Origin: Aplysia californica
Taxonomy: Eukaryota
Assembly: GCF_000002075.1 (NCBI RefSeq)
Contig: NW_004797282.1
Coordinates: 168,590-232,589, forward strand
Length of the DNA: 64,000 nt
Reading direction: 5' to 3'
Under the pieces are notes generated by a model. That model saw nothing but the letters and a program-made list of their open reading frames with translations. It ran no database searches and was not told the origin of the DNA. The position numbers and the translations under genes are program-made. The number at the start of each line of letters is the position of its first letter. The first letter of the stretch is position 1. This document shows positions 12,001-23,518 of this stretch, in pieces.

Positions 12001-15000
12001 GCAAATTAGTTTTGAAATTCATGTTTTTTTTCCCCAGGTTTTATTCCGAAGTTTTTAGTTCCTCGACTTCCCTTTCTCGATGTTGGTCCTGATGTTGGTT
12101 GCCTTGTCTTCTTTAATAAGGATGGGGATGCCAGTAAAGTTAGATGGGCCAGAGAAGTTAACAGCAGGGAAGCAGTTAAGGCTGCGATGAAAGGTGAGTA
12201 GAAAATGCTCTTTAAAGTGGTTTTTTTTTTCAGATTTGAAGTAACTAGATTTAATGCAACCCCCCCTCACGGGACGCCAATTGGTGACAGTAAGCTGTTC
12301 CACTGGACTTAACAAGGCAACAAAAACAATGTGGGAAGGATCACTTTTTTAAACATACACACTTTTTAAAGTTTTAACTTCCCTCCTCTTCATTGGTTTA
12401 TGTGGCCTTTATAGCGTGGAAATATGTTTGTTTACAATGGCTGGACTGAGAACTTTTTAAAATCGTTGAGTAGAGTAGACCTAGCGGGAGTGCTGCTTTA
12501 TAGTGTTGCCACAATGAGGATTCGGGTGATGAATGTGCATATATTTTTATTTTCAATTCTGATCCCTATTTTGATGAACATGTGCAATTGCCACTTGTCA
12601 ATTTTCTCAATGTCCTGAAAATTTCATAACATAATGATCAGAATGTTTTTTTGCAGAGAAACAAATATAGTACAACTACTGGTGTAGGCCAACTGCTTCC
12701 CGGTATGTGGGACAACGGCTTTACATTTTGCGCACTGTGTGTGTGGGGTGGGGGATGGGAGAGTTAAATTTTAATAAAATGGAATAAAAATGTTCAAAAT
12801 TATATTACAGTTCAGTTCATTACTGGGCTCTTTAAAGTTGAATTCAAAATGTTCTCTTTATGTTTGTTATTTTTGAGTAATGATTTGAGTGAGACTCTTT
12901 CCCGTTGGAACACTGACACCGATCACGCTAAAATGTTGATAAATGTGATATGATAAGGTCTTGGCCTTCTTCATGAACGTGGTAAATGGAATGTGTTTTT
13001 GTATATATATATCTAATTTAAAGATTTCAATTAAGACAATGTAACAGACGTAACCTACTTTGTACTCTGAACAAAATTTAGTCTTTTCTTTTTTCTTCAC
13101 TAAAGTCAGACAGTTCCCCCTTAATTGTACAGGTTTGTTGATTTAACTTTTGTGTCCTTCAGATGACAAAGTTGACATGATTGCTGCTGATGTGATATTA
13201 CGAGGCCACGGTACCACCTCTCAGACACTTGTCCCTGTCATGGCACGACCACCAAAGACCAACAGTGACATCACTTTGAGTGACTGGCTACAAGAAATAA
13301 AATTTGGATCCAAAGGCATTAAACTTCATTTCCACTCAATTGAATCTGTTGAAATATCCCTGCAGATTTTAAAAGACTTTAATGAATTGGTAAGTACTTA
13401 CGGTTCCACCAGACTCATTTAGTGAATTTTCTTTTTGGTTAACTCAAACAGTCACTCTTGTGACAAGTAGAAACACATTTAGTATGTATTTGAGGTTCTG
13501 AGTACGGAAGTCCATTTCTGTTTTAGAAAATAAGTACTTTTTGTTTTCTATTATTGCTGCTGATGATGATGAAAAATTATGAATTTTCAAGACTGAATCT
13601 GTGAATAATAGTGAGAACAAAGCCGTAAGTCCAGCAGCGAGGTCTTTTGCTACACTTCTCCATTGAATAGCTTAACTTTATTGAACGCAGCAAAGTGTTA
13701 GTGAAGGGCGTTACTCGGCTAGTGCACATCATCTTCACCCACTGCCTAGGTGGAATCTATTTAAAAAAATTTTTTTTTTGAAAAGTTGGCAGCTATTTAG
13801 ATTAATGTCATTAACAATCTGACTTTAGAGCTTGTTCCTCGGTCATCCCCCAGGGGACCAACTCTTTGCTCTGGGGGGGGGGGGGGCTCAAATTGTTTGA
13901 TAAATGCATAAATGTACTGCTTGGGGAGCAGATGTTGAGTTTCCTTACTTGTAGCGAATTATAAGCAGGGGAAAAGGGCGAATATGAGAACTTTTTTTCT
14001 TTGATGTTTGAAGGGAAAATCTGGAGGCCAACAGTTGTGCAGGACTTGTGAGACTTCTTCAGTGAAGTACAGTTCAAGATTTCAATGATGCATTGAGGGC
14101 TAATGTTTTCTCTTGCAAAAATGCTTTTGTGTTTAGAAATTGTCTCTATTTGGTTTTACTTTTGTTCAAGGTGAGCCCTATGTAACAGGACATAAATCTA
14201 TCATTTAGCTAAATGGTTGAATTTCACAAAGCTGATATTACTTTTTTGACTACAATGTCATTTTTTAAAATAACTTTCTTGCATGTATTTTTTTAGAACC
14301 CTATGAAATATCCTGTTTGGATACATGCTGATGTCTTACAAGGGCCCCATGGAGGACCAACAGTGATAGATCTTCAGCGCTTTGTAAAGACACAGAAAAG
14401 ACTGTTTCCCAGGTTAGTACCAGAGATTTTGTTTTTGTTTTTCTGGTCATTACAGACTTTAGATTTAGATAATTCTTTGATTAGGATGTAGAGTCACTGT
14501 GTTTACGTTGGTGTGAGCTCAATTTACAAATAGAGAGATTTCTTGGCTGAATATATGTTAATCGCTTTCAGTCTGTAAAAATGACAAGCAACAGTATTGG
14601 TGTATAACATCTGTATGATGATGACTTCTTGTGAGAACTGATGTAATCAGAATGTAGTATGAGGTCATGTCGGTCGTAAATCAGTCGTAGGATGCAGCTT
14701 GCATCAATGTGATGCAATGAAGTAGCCTATGACAGAAGTCAAGCAACAGCATTCTTGATATTTTCATCCGCATTGGTTTGCTGGTTTCCAAATGCTCTGT
14801 CTGTTATGGAAATGGAGCTATATATATGTGTCACAAGTTTGAATCGGGTGCTCGTCAATTTTTGGGCATGTGGAGTTATTGGTGTTATCTGCAAGCTTAT
14901 TCGTTTTCCTTGCTTTCAATGTAAAAATACCCGTCCATCTTGAATTGAAGTTGAGATATTTGCGAGGGAAAGAGATGGAGTCGCCTGTTTTTTTGTTGTA

Positions 15001-16518
15001 AAATTAGCGAGAAAATGGATGCCAAAGTTTGGTAACTTCAATACCTTGATAGTCCTTGAATACTGAAAAATTATATATTTTGTGCCTTTAATCATTTTTC
15101 GGTAAAAACAACATGGGAATGTGTTTTCATGTGAACATAATAGATGTTGAGCCAAAAAACAAGAATTCCATAAAATTGCCTAAGTGGTGAAAAATGCCTT
15201 TTTGTTTGATTTCATTATTTTGAGAAGCGCCTCATTTCACCACGATGCCTCACATATTTCTTATTGGACATTGCTTTTTCCCTGCCGATGAACATGAGTT
15301 GTCAAGATGAAGCTGTTAAAAACTCAACCCTATCTGAGAATGAATCTGACACTTTGAGTTTTGACATTTCAAGTTTAAGATTTAATTGTGATACATGCTG
15401 TTTATCTGAGTTTACAGTTGCTTTAGGTAGATTTTTCTTTGGAATAGCCTTACTCCGTCCTAAAAGGAGACATGAATTTCTAGGTCATGTCATGGAATGT
15501 CAATGTGACAATGACAAAAGTTTTACTTTTAGTTAATTGTCTGAAATATCAAGTATCCTTTCCTCCTGCTCGAGTTGATGTTGGACTAAATCTACCACAA
15601 ATAATGGACTGAGTTTTGTATATAGGGGCATAGCTTTGAATTATTGGGGAGTGATATTTTATGGTCCCCCCACCCCCTCTCTCTCTCTGATAAAAGGGTC
15701 TTATAACTTCTCAGTTACTCTTGTTGCTCACTGACTCGCTCTTTCCACCTTCCCATTGTATTGTCTCAGTTTCAGCCCCTTGAGGAAGAATACCGCATTC
15801 CTGGTTCAGTTTTCTTCCAATTCAGTTGTTTTGAAGATCTCTTGAGCTGTGATCCTTGTATAATTATTTGTGGGTTTATGTTTTACAGATGCACACTCTC
15901 CCTGGGTTGGACGACGGCCACGCAAACAGACATGCGCCAAAGTGCTTACACCTGGGAGATGGTGTGGGACATGTTGGACATGGTTCAAGAGTGGGATTTT
16001 GAAAATCAGCTCCTCGTTTTCCAAGTGGGTAAACTTTTGACCGGGCAGTGAAAGATTGAGATCATTTTTGCTGTGGTTGTCAGCGTGATGTGTGGTGTGA
16101 GCTTGTTAATATATTGTGACTTCGGGCAGTGTGTGAGTTTGTTGATGTGCTCAGTCTATTAATATTAGTTACTGGACTTTGCCAATTCCTTTTGATGCTA
16201 TGTTTGAAGATGTGTTACTCTTGTGTAAGGCAAAAATTTGCCTTTGAATATAATAGACTATTTTATTCACTATACAAATCAAATTGCAGGAACTGTGACT
16301 GAAACGGTAACTTTGTTTGCATGCCTTTGATTATCAATCTTTCATTACAAATGTTGCATTACCTTCATAGAGCTCTATTTGTAACTTTTATTTCAAATTC
16401 ACCCATACTGAACTATATGTAATTTGATGGTGTTGCTGGGCAGTCCTTTTTTGTTGTTGTTCTATTTATAAGTTTGTTTATCTTTGTTTTGTTTGTTTTC
16501 CCCCCTTACTATGATCTG

Positions 16519-16599
<81 letters not shown>

Positions 16600-17493
16600 C
16601 CAACTTAAAACCTTGTATTGTGATATTTTCAGGCCCGGCTCTCCTTGACCCACAACTCGGTGCCACAACTGAAGTGGTTAGCGGACAACACCGGCGCGAG
16701 TCTGATGGTGTGGAATGCGGATGGTGACGCGGTGATCAATGAGGATATTATGCATCTGGCGTACCGCTTCTCACTTGAAAAGATTTACTTTGACTTGGGT
16801 CACCCTGAGCTGCAGTTGCACCTCGATCGACACCGGTATTACTCAAGGACAAAGCTGGACCATTTTGCGTTGAAAAGAGACGAGGTCATGTTTAAGCACG
16901 ACATGTGGCTCAAAATGGGTTTTCACCGACAGAAAAACTCAATTTTGGCGAGTACGGAGGCCATAATTCTTGCGTCTCCTTTGGTTTACATCATCACCAA
17001 GTCAAAATACCTTCCTACTTCGGAAATTTACATTCAAGGACGAATCCGCTTTTTCAATCGAAATAATAGGGAAGCAGAAGATTATCGTACAGGCTTGGAC
17101 ATTTATCTTCGAGCAACAAAATACGATTCATTTGAAGAAATTGTGGGGATTCGGTGCTTCATAGGTGTTGGAGGTGAGGTGGAAGTAACAGGAAGTAATC
17201 TGCCAGAAAAGATAGAGAAGTTCCGAAACACTGCTAGGGTCACCCCAACAAGTTCCAACTGCTACCGTTTTAAAATAGTGGATGAGAAGTACAGAGTCAC
17301 AATTGCAGTTCAGCCTCTTCATGATTGCACTACTCTAGAAAGTGTAGAGGAGGAGGTTGAAATGGTTCCACTGGTTAAAGTTGAGATCCCAAGCAGATTA
17401 ACTAGCAATGAGCAAAGACCCTTTATTCTTAAAATGGATGATGTGAAACGTCAAGGTCTGATAGATGAAATAAGTGTGAAACATAAATTATAG
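8924..17493 (+). CDS. FAM151: FAM151/menorin-like protein (DUF2181, PLC-like phosphodiesterase fold), type II membrane anchor, 538 aa, 6 coding exons
   Basis: Exons 8924-9044, 12038-12193, 13163-13389, 14297-14412, 15889-16024 and 16633-17493. All junctions are GT-AG and phase-consistent (1617 nt). Motifs MIAADV, PVMARPP.TNSD.TL.DWL, SKGIKL, PVWIHADVL.GP, LSLGWTT, YTWEMV and PQLKWL match FAM151. N-terminal TM segment YILFQIVGISLIIYIWYII. Confidence 0.88.
9140..9694. mobile_element. MULE-like non-autonomous foldback element with 9-bp TSD
   Basis: TIRs CGGAGTGTCTAC...GGTAACCGGGCACCTA and its reverse complement ending GTAGACACTTTG. ATAGTTTAT is duplicated at 9131-9139 and 9695-9703. Internal ~40-bp tandem subrepeats. 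Confidence 0.85.
9777..10556 (+). mobile_element. Tc1/mariner (pogo-like) MITE, copy 1
   Basis: TA|CAGTCGAACCTGCC...CAGGTTTGACT termini with GGCCACC subterminal motifs. Family also at 10629-11466 and 31682-32475. Confidence 0.8.
10629..11466 (-). mobile_element. Tc1/mariner (pogo-like) MITE, copy 2, inverted relative to copy 1
   Basis: Ends ...GGTGGCCGTCATGGCAGGTTCAATTG|TA. Internal sequence is similar to the reverse complement of 9777-10556. Confidence 0.75.
12038..12193 (+). CDS. FAM151: FAM151-like coding exon 2
   Basis: CCCCAG| acceptor, ...KVRWAREVNSREAVKAAMK, AAG|GTGAGT donor. Confidence 0.85.
13163..13389 (+). CDS. FAM151: FAM151-like coding exon 3
   Basis: DDKVDMIAADVIL...SKGIKLHFHS...FNEL with canonical splice sites. 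Confidence 0.92.
14297..14412 (+). CDS. FAM151: FAM151-like coding exon 4
   Basis: NPMKYPVWIHADVLQGPHGG... with canonical splice sites. Confidence 0.92.
15889..16024 (+). CDS. FAM151: FAM151-like coding exon 5
   Basis: CTLSLGWTT...YTWEMV...LVFQ with canonical splice sites. Confidence 0.92.
16521..16597. repeat. (TC)n microsatellite just upstream of the last FAM151 acceptor
   Basis: Directly visible. Confidence 0.95.
16633..17493 (+). CDS. FAM151: FAM151-like coding exon 6 (end of DUF2181 plus ~220-aa C-terminal extension)
   Basis: TTTCAG|GCC acceptor in frame with the 282-aa ORF. Stop TAG at 17491-17493. Confidence 0.92.
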   Translation, partial: ARLSLTHNSVPQLKWLADNTGASLMVWNADGDAVINEDIMHLAYRFSLEKIYFDLGHPELQLHLDRHRYYSRTKLDHFALKRDEVMFKHDMWLKMGFHRQKNSILASTEAIILASPLVYIITKSKYLPTSEIYIQGRIRFFNRNNREAEDYRTGLDIYLRATKYDSFEEIVGIRCFIGVGGEVEVTGSNLPEKIEKFRNTARVTPTSSNCYRFKIVDEKYRVTIAVQPLHDCTTLESVEEEVEMVPLVKVEIPSRLTSNEQRPFILKMDDVKRQGLIDEISVKHKL

Positions 17494-18367
17494 AATGGTT
17501 GTACCAAGGAATGGGGATTGTTCATAGCTTCTGAAACAGCGATTCTGCTTTTACCTTTATTCTCAACAAAAAACATGTTTTTGAAATCACATGTTTTCTT
17601 AAAAATGATGAACTTGGAATGATCATTTTTTTCCCCTTTGCTTTTCACTTCCATTCTAGAAAGAAGTATTTTACAGTATAAGAAAATGTACATGTCCCAG
17701 GTTGTGATTGTCATTACAATTCATTACATACATGTTTATTATAGAATATACAGCAGTTTCTGCGAACAGCAACCCCCTTGGGAAGCAAGCTTTGGTTCCT
17801 TTTAGGCAGAGATTGTTGTTAACTGAATTTACACACACACACACACACAAACACATGCAAATATGAGTCCCAATCGAATGATGGGATGATGATGATATAT
17901 AACGGATTAAACTGATGCTCGATCGCTGGGCGGTAGTGTTATACACATTTGCTGAGACTTTTCCTTCCAGCCTGCAGAGACTTTGAGGGAAGGTTGCTCT
18001 TTGCAACATGGTGTCAACTGAGAGCTCCTGTACTCAGCATTGTGTATTTTCCGCCCAAGCAGTCAGTTGTTGTGAGCTGTCAGGTGATAAACAAGAGAGG
18101 AGGGATGCAAACATTCTAGGAATTTAGGCCAATCTCGGTGTTCACACTGTTTACTACAAATTGTCAAAAGTTAAGGGTTTGGGTTTTTTTTTGGGGGGGG
18201 GGGGGGGGATTGGTGAGGAGACAATTAATTGCAACAAAGGTTACTGTTAGAGTAAAAAGTTGTTGTTAAAGGGTATTGTTTATTGAAAAATTCTGTTATA
18301 CAAACTAAGTCGCTGTTTGGAGGAGGTTGCTCTCCTGTGGGTTGATGATAAGTGGACAGCACTGTAA

Positions 18368-18434
18368 CTGTATACAGTGTATACTAACTGTATACAGTGT
18401 ATACTAACTGTATACAGTGTATACAGTGTATACA
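18368..18434. repeat. 20-bp tandem repeat with palindromic ACTGTATACAGT core
   Basis: AACTGTATACAGTGTATACT, about 3 copies. Confidence 0.85.
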
Positions 18435-18729
18435 GCAAGGTTCAGTCTATGCTGTAGTACACGTGCTACATTCCTTTAGAAATAACTTGTTTTGGTATTT
18501 GTGGATATTTTGAATATATTATGTATGTACCATGTATGCCACGACTACAACATTTTGTTCATGTTTTGGCTGTTAGTGTGTCATATTACTTAAGCTACAG
18601 TTTTGATAAGTGTGTTGTGTATACATTCATATATATATGTGAAAGCCTGATTTAGCAAAAATGTGTTTCTGTGGCTAATATTAAATAATTCTTCCATCAT
18701 TCAAATGGTATGACTGACTTGCAAATGGA

Positions 18730-20215
18730 ATAGAGTCTCGCGTTCACCTCGCGGCCAATTTACACTCGAAATTATCAGAGCAGTTTCCTGTGGTTTAACA
18801 ACGCGTGCGTCGTGTTTAGACGGCACGTCTCTTGGGTTACGGCGAGCCGTCACGACAGGTCAAAGTTGACATATCAGAAAACATAGTCTATTGAAAATTT
18901 CGGGTATGTTGAATTTTTCTTTTTTTTTGTAAATATGAATATTTGTTTACTTGTATTTTGGTATGGATATGTTTTAAAATACTTGGTAATGAAATTGGTA
19001 GGTAGAAAAAGTTGGTTTTAAGGCAAACTGAAGAGAAATGGGGGTGGCCGCATGTAAACCATGCTATATTTCATGTTGGGCCAGATGCGGCCAGACTGGC
19101 TGCACCTAGGATAGAAAGTTTTTTAGTTATAGTCTGCATCTGACATCATAGCAACCGCCCTCTCTTATCAGTGACCAGCAATTTATTGACATTTTGATTG
19201 AAAAAGAAGAAGAAGAAAGAAAGATGAAAAGGAAAGCGGAAACGGAGAAAAAGAAGGTGGAGAAAGCACAGAAACATGAAGAAAAGAAGCGTATGAAAGA
19301 AGAGAGAGAGAAAAAGAGAGAGGAGTTTAAAAAAAAGAAGGAACAGGAGTTGAAAAAACGGAAGGAAGACAGACTTAGAAAAAAAGAAGAAAAGAGGATT
19401 GAGATGGAGATGAGAAAAGCTTGTAAAGGGAAAGAAAAGGAAAGCAAGAAGAGACTCAAATATTTCAAGCGACAGTTCAGTATGTAAGTGAAATGGTACT
19501 GGACGATTGGTCTGATGAAGATATTGATGCGGGTATGATAGATGACTTGTAGGATATATACGTTTGAGTGTGAGAAGGAGTTGAGAGCATTGGAAGATGG
19601 AAAGCGGGTAGAGGAAGACAATGTTGAGAATGAAATGATGTGCCTAGATGTATGGAAAGAGAGGTACCGGTAGTTAACCGGAAGAGCGTTCATATCGATC
19701 GATGACCCAGTTACACGCGGCGTCGAGGTCAGATAGGGGTCAGGTGAAAGTGCCGTGGGAGTCAAAAGTGACAGAACAATGAAAAACATGCCTCATCTTT
19801 TACAGCGAATTGATGCGATCTATGAATAAGTATTACAACAGCATGAATGATCCCCTTAATTTATCCCCTTGTCGGTTGATCAGACGCTGAGAGTTGGGTT
19901 TGTCTTGTGTTTTTGTTTGTACATTTATTATATGGCTGCTCTTAGGCTATGCTTTCAGCTGCACCTAGGACAGGTGGCCGCACCAATGGCTGACCGGCGA
20001 CCGTATCTTGGCTGGGTGGCCGCACCATAGCCGACTTTTCACTAATTGTATGTTAGTCATTTTTGCCATAAAACAGCAGCAAAAGCTTCGCGACACTTTG
20101 GACTTAGTACGTTCACATGTCCAAGCTGCGGCCAAAAACAACCTTGCACAATATGATAGTGTCGTGAATATAGAGGAAGCTTCTCTCATGGCCGCAAGTG
20201 GCCAAGTGACTATTT
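18730..20215 (+). mobile_element. Probable internally deleted DNA transposon with a K/E-rich coding remnant
   Basis: GGCCGC(A)/TGCGGCC motifs cluster toward both ends. Central QPPSLISDQQFIDILIEKEEEERK... coiled-coil remnant. Termini are imperfect. Confidence 0.45.
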
Positions 20216-23200
20216 TTTGCTTAGCGAATAAGCCCAATGAATTAGATGTGATAATTTGTCATCATGGAGGGTCAGGTCATATGTTCTTGTCCAGCATTCC
20301 AGAATGTTAATGAACAATACCTTTCAATGTGCATACTTCAAGTTCTTGATGATAATTCTTAGCTGTTGGGCTTACTGTGTATCAGGTCTGCACACATGTG
20401 CCAGCCAATTATATTTTGGTAAGTTGAGAAATACATTATATATGGGCCTAATTCTTATTGCATGTCTATATTTTTCAGTTGTTTCCAACATTTCAGGGGT
20501 TATGGTTTTAGTGTTACCTGGAGCTAATATATCTGTACTGTCAAGAGACTCCTTTCTGTTCTCACATTTGTCATTCAGTGCCTCTCTGAATAAGATCTCT
20601 TTATTCTTTTTCCAAGTCTGTGCTCATCCCTAAGTATGTGGTCCGATTCTTGGAAACCTTTTCTGTTCGTCTTACTTACTGGTACTTGAACACAACAAGT
20701 AACAAAGTTGTGTAAATTGCCTTTAAAAACCTGTTGACAGATTGTAAAAAAGAGCTAAATTAATTTTCAAATTGACCAATTTCACTTTACTCTTCAGAGA
20801 GCCTTTGAAGAATCACAATCTGGCTACTGCTATTGGGTTGAAATTTATGTCTTTGACCCCAGTCGTGGTATTACAAATATTTCATTTTATGAAAAAGACA
20901 TTTTTTTGTGAATGAAATATATAGTTTCCCTGTTCACATCAGTGTTCCATTATAATGTGTGTTTTGCAGTGTGATGATGTGGCTTATTGCTATTTCTGCT
21001 GATTATTGTAGCATTATTTAGTTTTACACGTTACTCTTTTTACTTTTATGTATGATTTTCTTATCAACTCAAATGAAACACTTACCGGTACTGGTATGTC
21101 TACTTTTTGTACATGATGTTTCCTGTTTATGGTTGTACGTTAAAGAAACCGCGAACAGTTGTTTATTATGGGAAATTGGAAAGACAGGCGTAAGAGCAAT
21201 ATATGGAGAAAGCAAGATGTGCCCAGTGCCATTTTTATGACATGTAAAAAAATCACTCCTACATTCCATGTAATTTCATTCCCATTATTGTATTCATGAA
21301 AAGTTTTGTATAGTCTTATTTACTCCATCTGTGAATGTGAAAATAAATATTTTTTATTCTTTATTCCTGAAGGTCTTGTATTTACATTGTTTTGAGTTTT
21401 GAGAACCGTCTCCTCTTTTTAACTTAAGGAGACCCTCACCTCTCTGAACCTGAGCTTTCCTTATTAAACATTTGAGGTGGGATTTTTTTCCCCCAAGCGT
21501 TTGCACGCCTCCATCGACACAATTTAGATCATTTTGGAGGCAGGCTTCCAACCTTGACTGTCTAGGCCAAACTGGGCTGAAAGGGATACAACATCCCAGC
21601 AGAAAGACCAAGTTACTCTATAAAAATTCTCCCCACTCGGCGCCTTCCACTACACAACAAATGCTGGTAAGGCAGGATTCTGAACATATGAAGAGGGTCA
21701 TCATTTTTATTTTGAAAATGTGAGTTCAAACTAACTTTCAGCAGCAATCTCCACCACTTCTTTTCCTTCCGCTGTCGCTTCTGTTTGTCAGTATCACGTA
21801 TCAGTCATGCTTTTGCCCTCAGCACTAAATGAGCTTTGTTGTGTCAAAACACAACTTTTAAAAAAATGCTGATAGTTCTTTTTTTATTTTTGCAGGTGAA
21901 CGCAGTAAATCTAACATATCAAATTGTCCGTAAAACAAAAAGCGTGCGCATATTCTAAATGGCAGCGCAGATTTAGTTCCAGTCTGGGTCGTCCATATGT
22001 TGTGTTAATCAAGTAGCTTTTGAGTGTGTGCCCCTCAGCCTAATGGCTGTTCATATGAAAGTCAAATGTTTTCTAAGCTAAGATAATGACATGACCATTT
22101 TCCTGGTAAGACTAGCCCATGGATAGAAATGGATTAGGAATGGCAACAGACTTTTAAAAAAAAAGAGAAGTCAACATAGACTATAAAACACCAAGAAAAA
22201 GAAAACGAAAATTACATTAAAAAATTTAATTTTATGCTTTTCTGAGTACAAGTACAAGAAAGAATTCAAAATTGTTGACATTAATTAATCAATCTCATTG
22301 CACGAATATGCAAGTATAGCGCTTTAAAATCTATCATGGAAATGTTGGCTCAAAATTGTAAAGAAGGCGAAAAAGGCAAGGAATAATTGAGCTGTCACTT
22401 CTTGATTTGTAGACAAATTTTTTGGCAAATTCAGCAGAAACTGAATTCATCAAAGGGTTCGACAGAACCTATGTGTACACATGTGTTAGAATCTTGTTCT
22501 TTTTCCATTCTGACAAAAGCGAAAGAGAAATATCAGATCACCCAAGCAAAGAAAGGCAAGCACCTATAATAATAATAGCAATAATAATTAGTGGGCTATT
22601 ATTGGAACATGAGCAACGAAAAATCTATAAATGAAAATATGCTGCCCATGTTTTTTTCTACTTCTACACTTTATATTTAATACTTATCAGGCATTTATGA
22701 TTGTACATTGACAGCATGGGCATTATGCTACGAGAGCATATAATGCAGAAACCATTACCTACTCAAATAAAATAAAAATCACTTGCTTGAAAAATCTAGA
22801 ATAATAAATCTGTTGCTCTGATGAGGATTACAATAATTCTGAGGAACAAATCTATTGACAAGTGATGTTATGTACATAGTCACATGACAAAGAAAAGAAT
22901 TCATTTTCTTCTATTTATTTTTATGTCATCCTGACAATTTTCATTCAAAGATAGCTCAGCTATTGGTGACCGAATACCCTTTGAATTGAAAAAATGGTCG
23001 AAACCCAGCGCTGTAACATTTTGAAATCATAACAGACAAAAGTAAAAATTTGCAGTAGCTTGTTTGTGGTGCCGCCCGTGAGAGACAGCTTGAGTTTTAT
23101 CAGAAATGGTGCATGAGTCAAACAAAATCAAGGACCCTGAGTTACAATTTATTCATTTTCAAGTGTAGAATATCAATGAAACAATACAAACATATCATAA

Positions 23201-23425
23201 TGGTAAAAGTTCACAAAGCACAAACAAAACATCTGCTCAGTCCGACACAATGACGAGTGAGCGACTTCTTGTTTTCCTGGAAAAAACCTGCATAACTTAA
23301 TTTCTCTTGTTTTAAAAATACTGAAGAAAATCATAAAATCACTTGATCCAAAATAATATCACCAACCGCCCAACCCCCTCCTCAAACACAGCCAAACCAT
23401 TGAACAGGAAAACAGTCAATCTCTT

Positions 23426-23518
23426 TTACAATCTTGCCGAAGACTTGGGCTGGATGTCTTTCAACTTCATTGCCAGAGCCATGTTGCCTGTGATCTTCAG
23501 CTTTCCTTGGAAGAAAGC
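23426..23518 (-). CDS. SCP2: SCP2 exon 18 (AFFQGKLK...SSARL*)
   Basis: TTTTAAG| acceptor, PTS1 and stop. Confidence 0.95.
   Translation of the reverse strand, partial: AFFQGKLKITGNMALAMKLKDIQPKSSARL

Noticed and set aside
19127-19789. 220-aa minus-strand F/S-rich ORF as a membrane protein
   Set aside because: It is the antisense shadow of the purine-rich K/E-coding strand and has no recognisable domain.
22815-22860. Hammerhead ribozyme core (CTGATGAG)
   Set aside because: No correctly placed GAAA or closing stems were found by eye.
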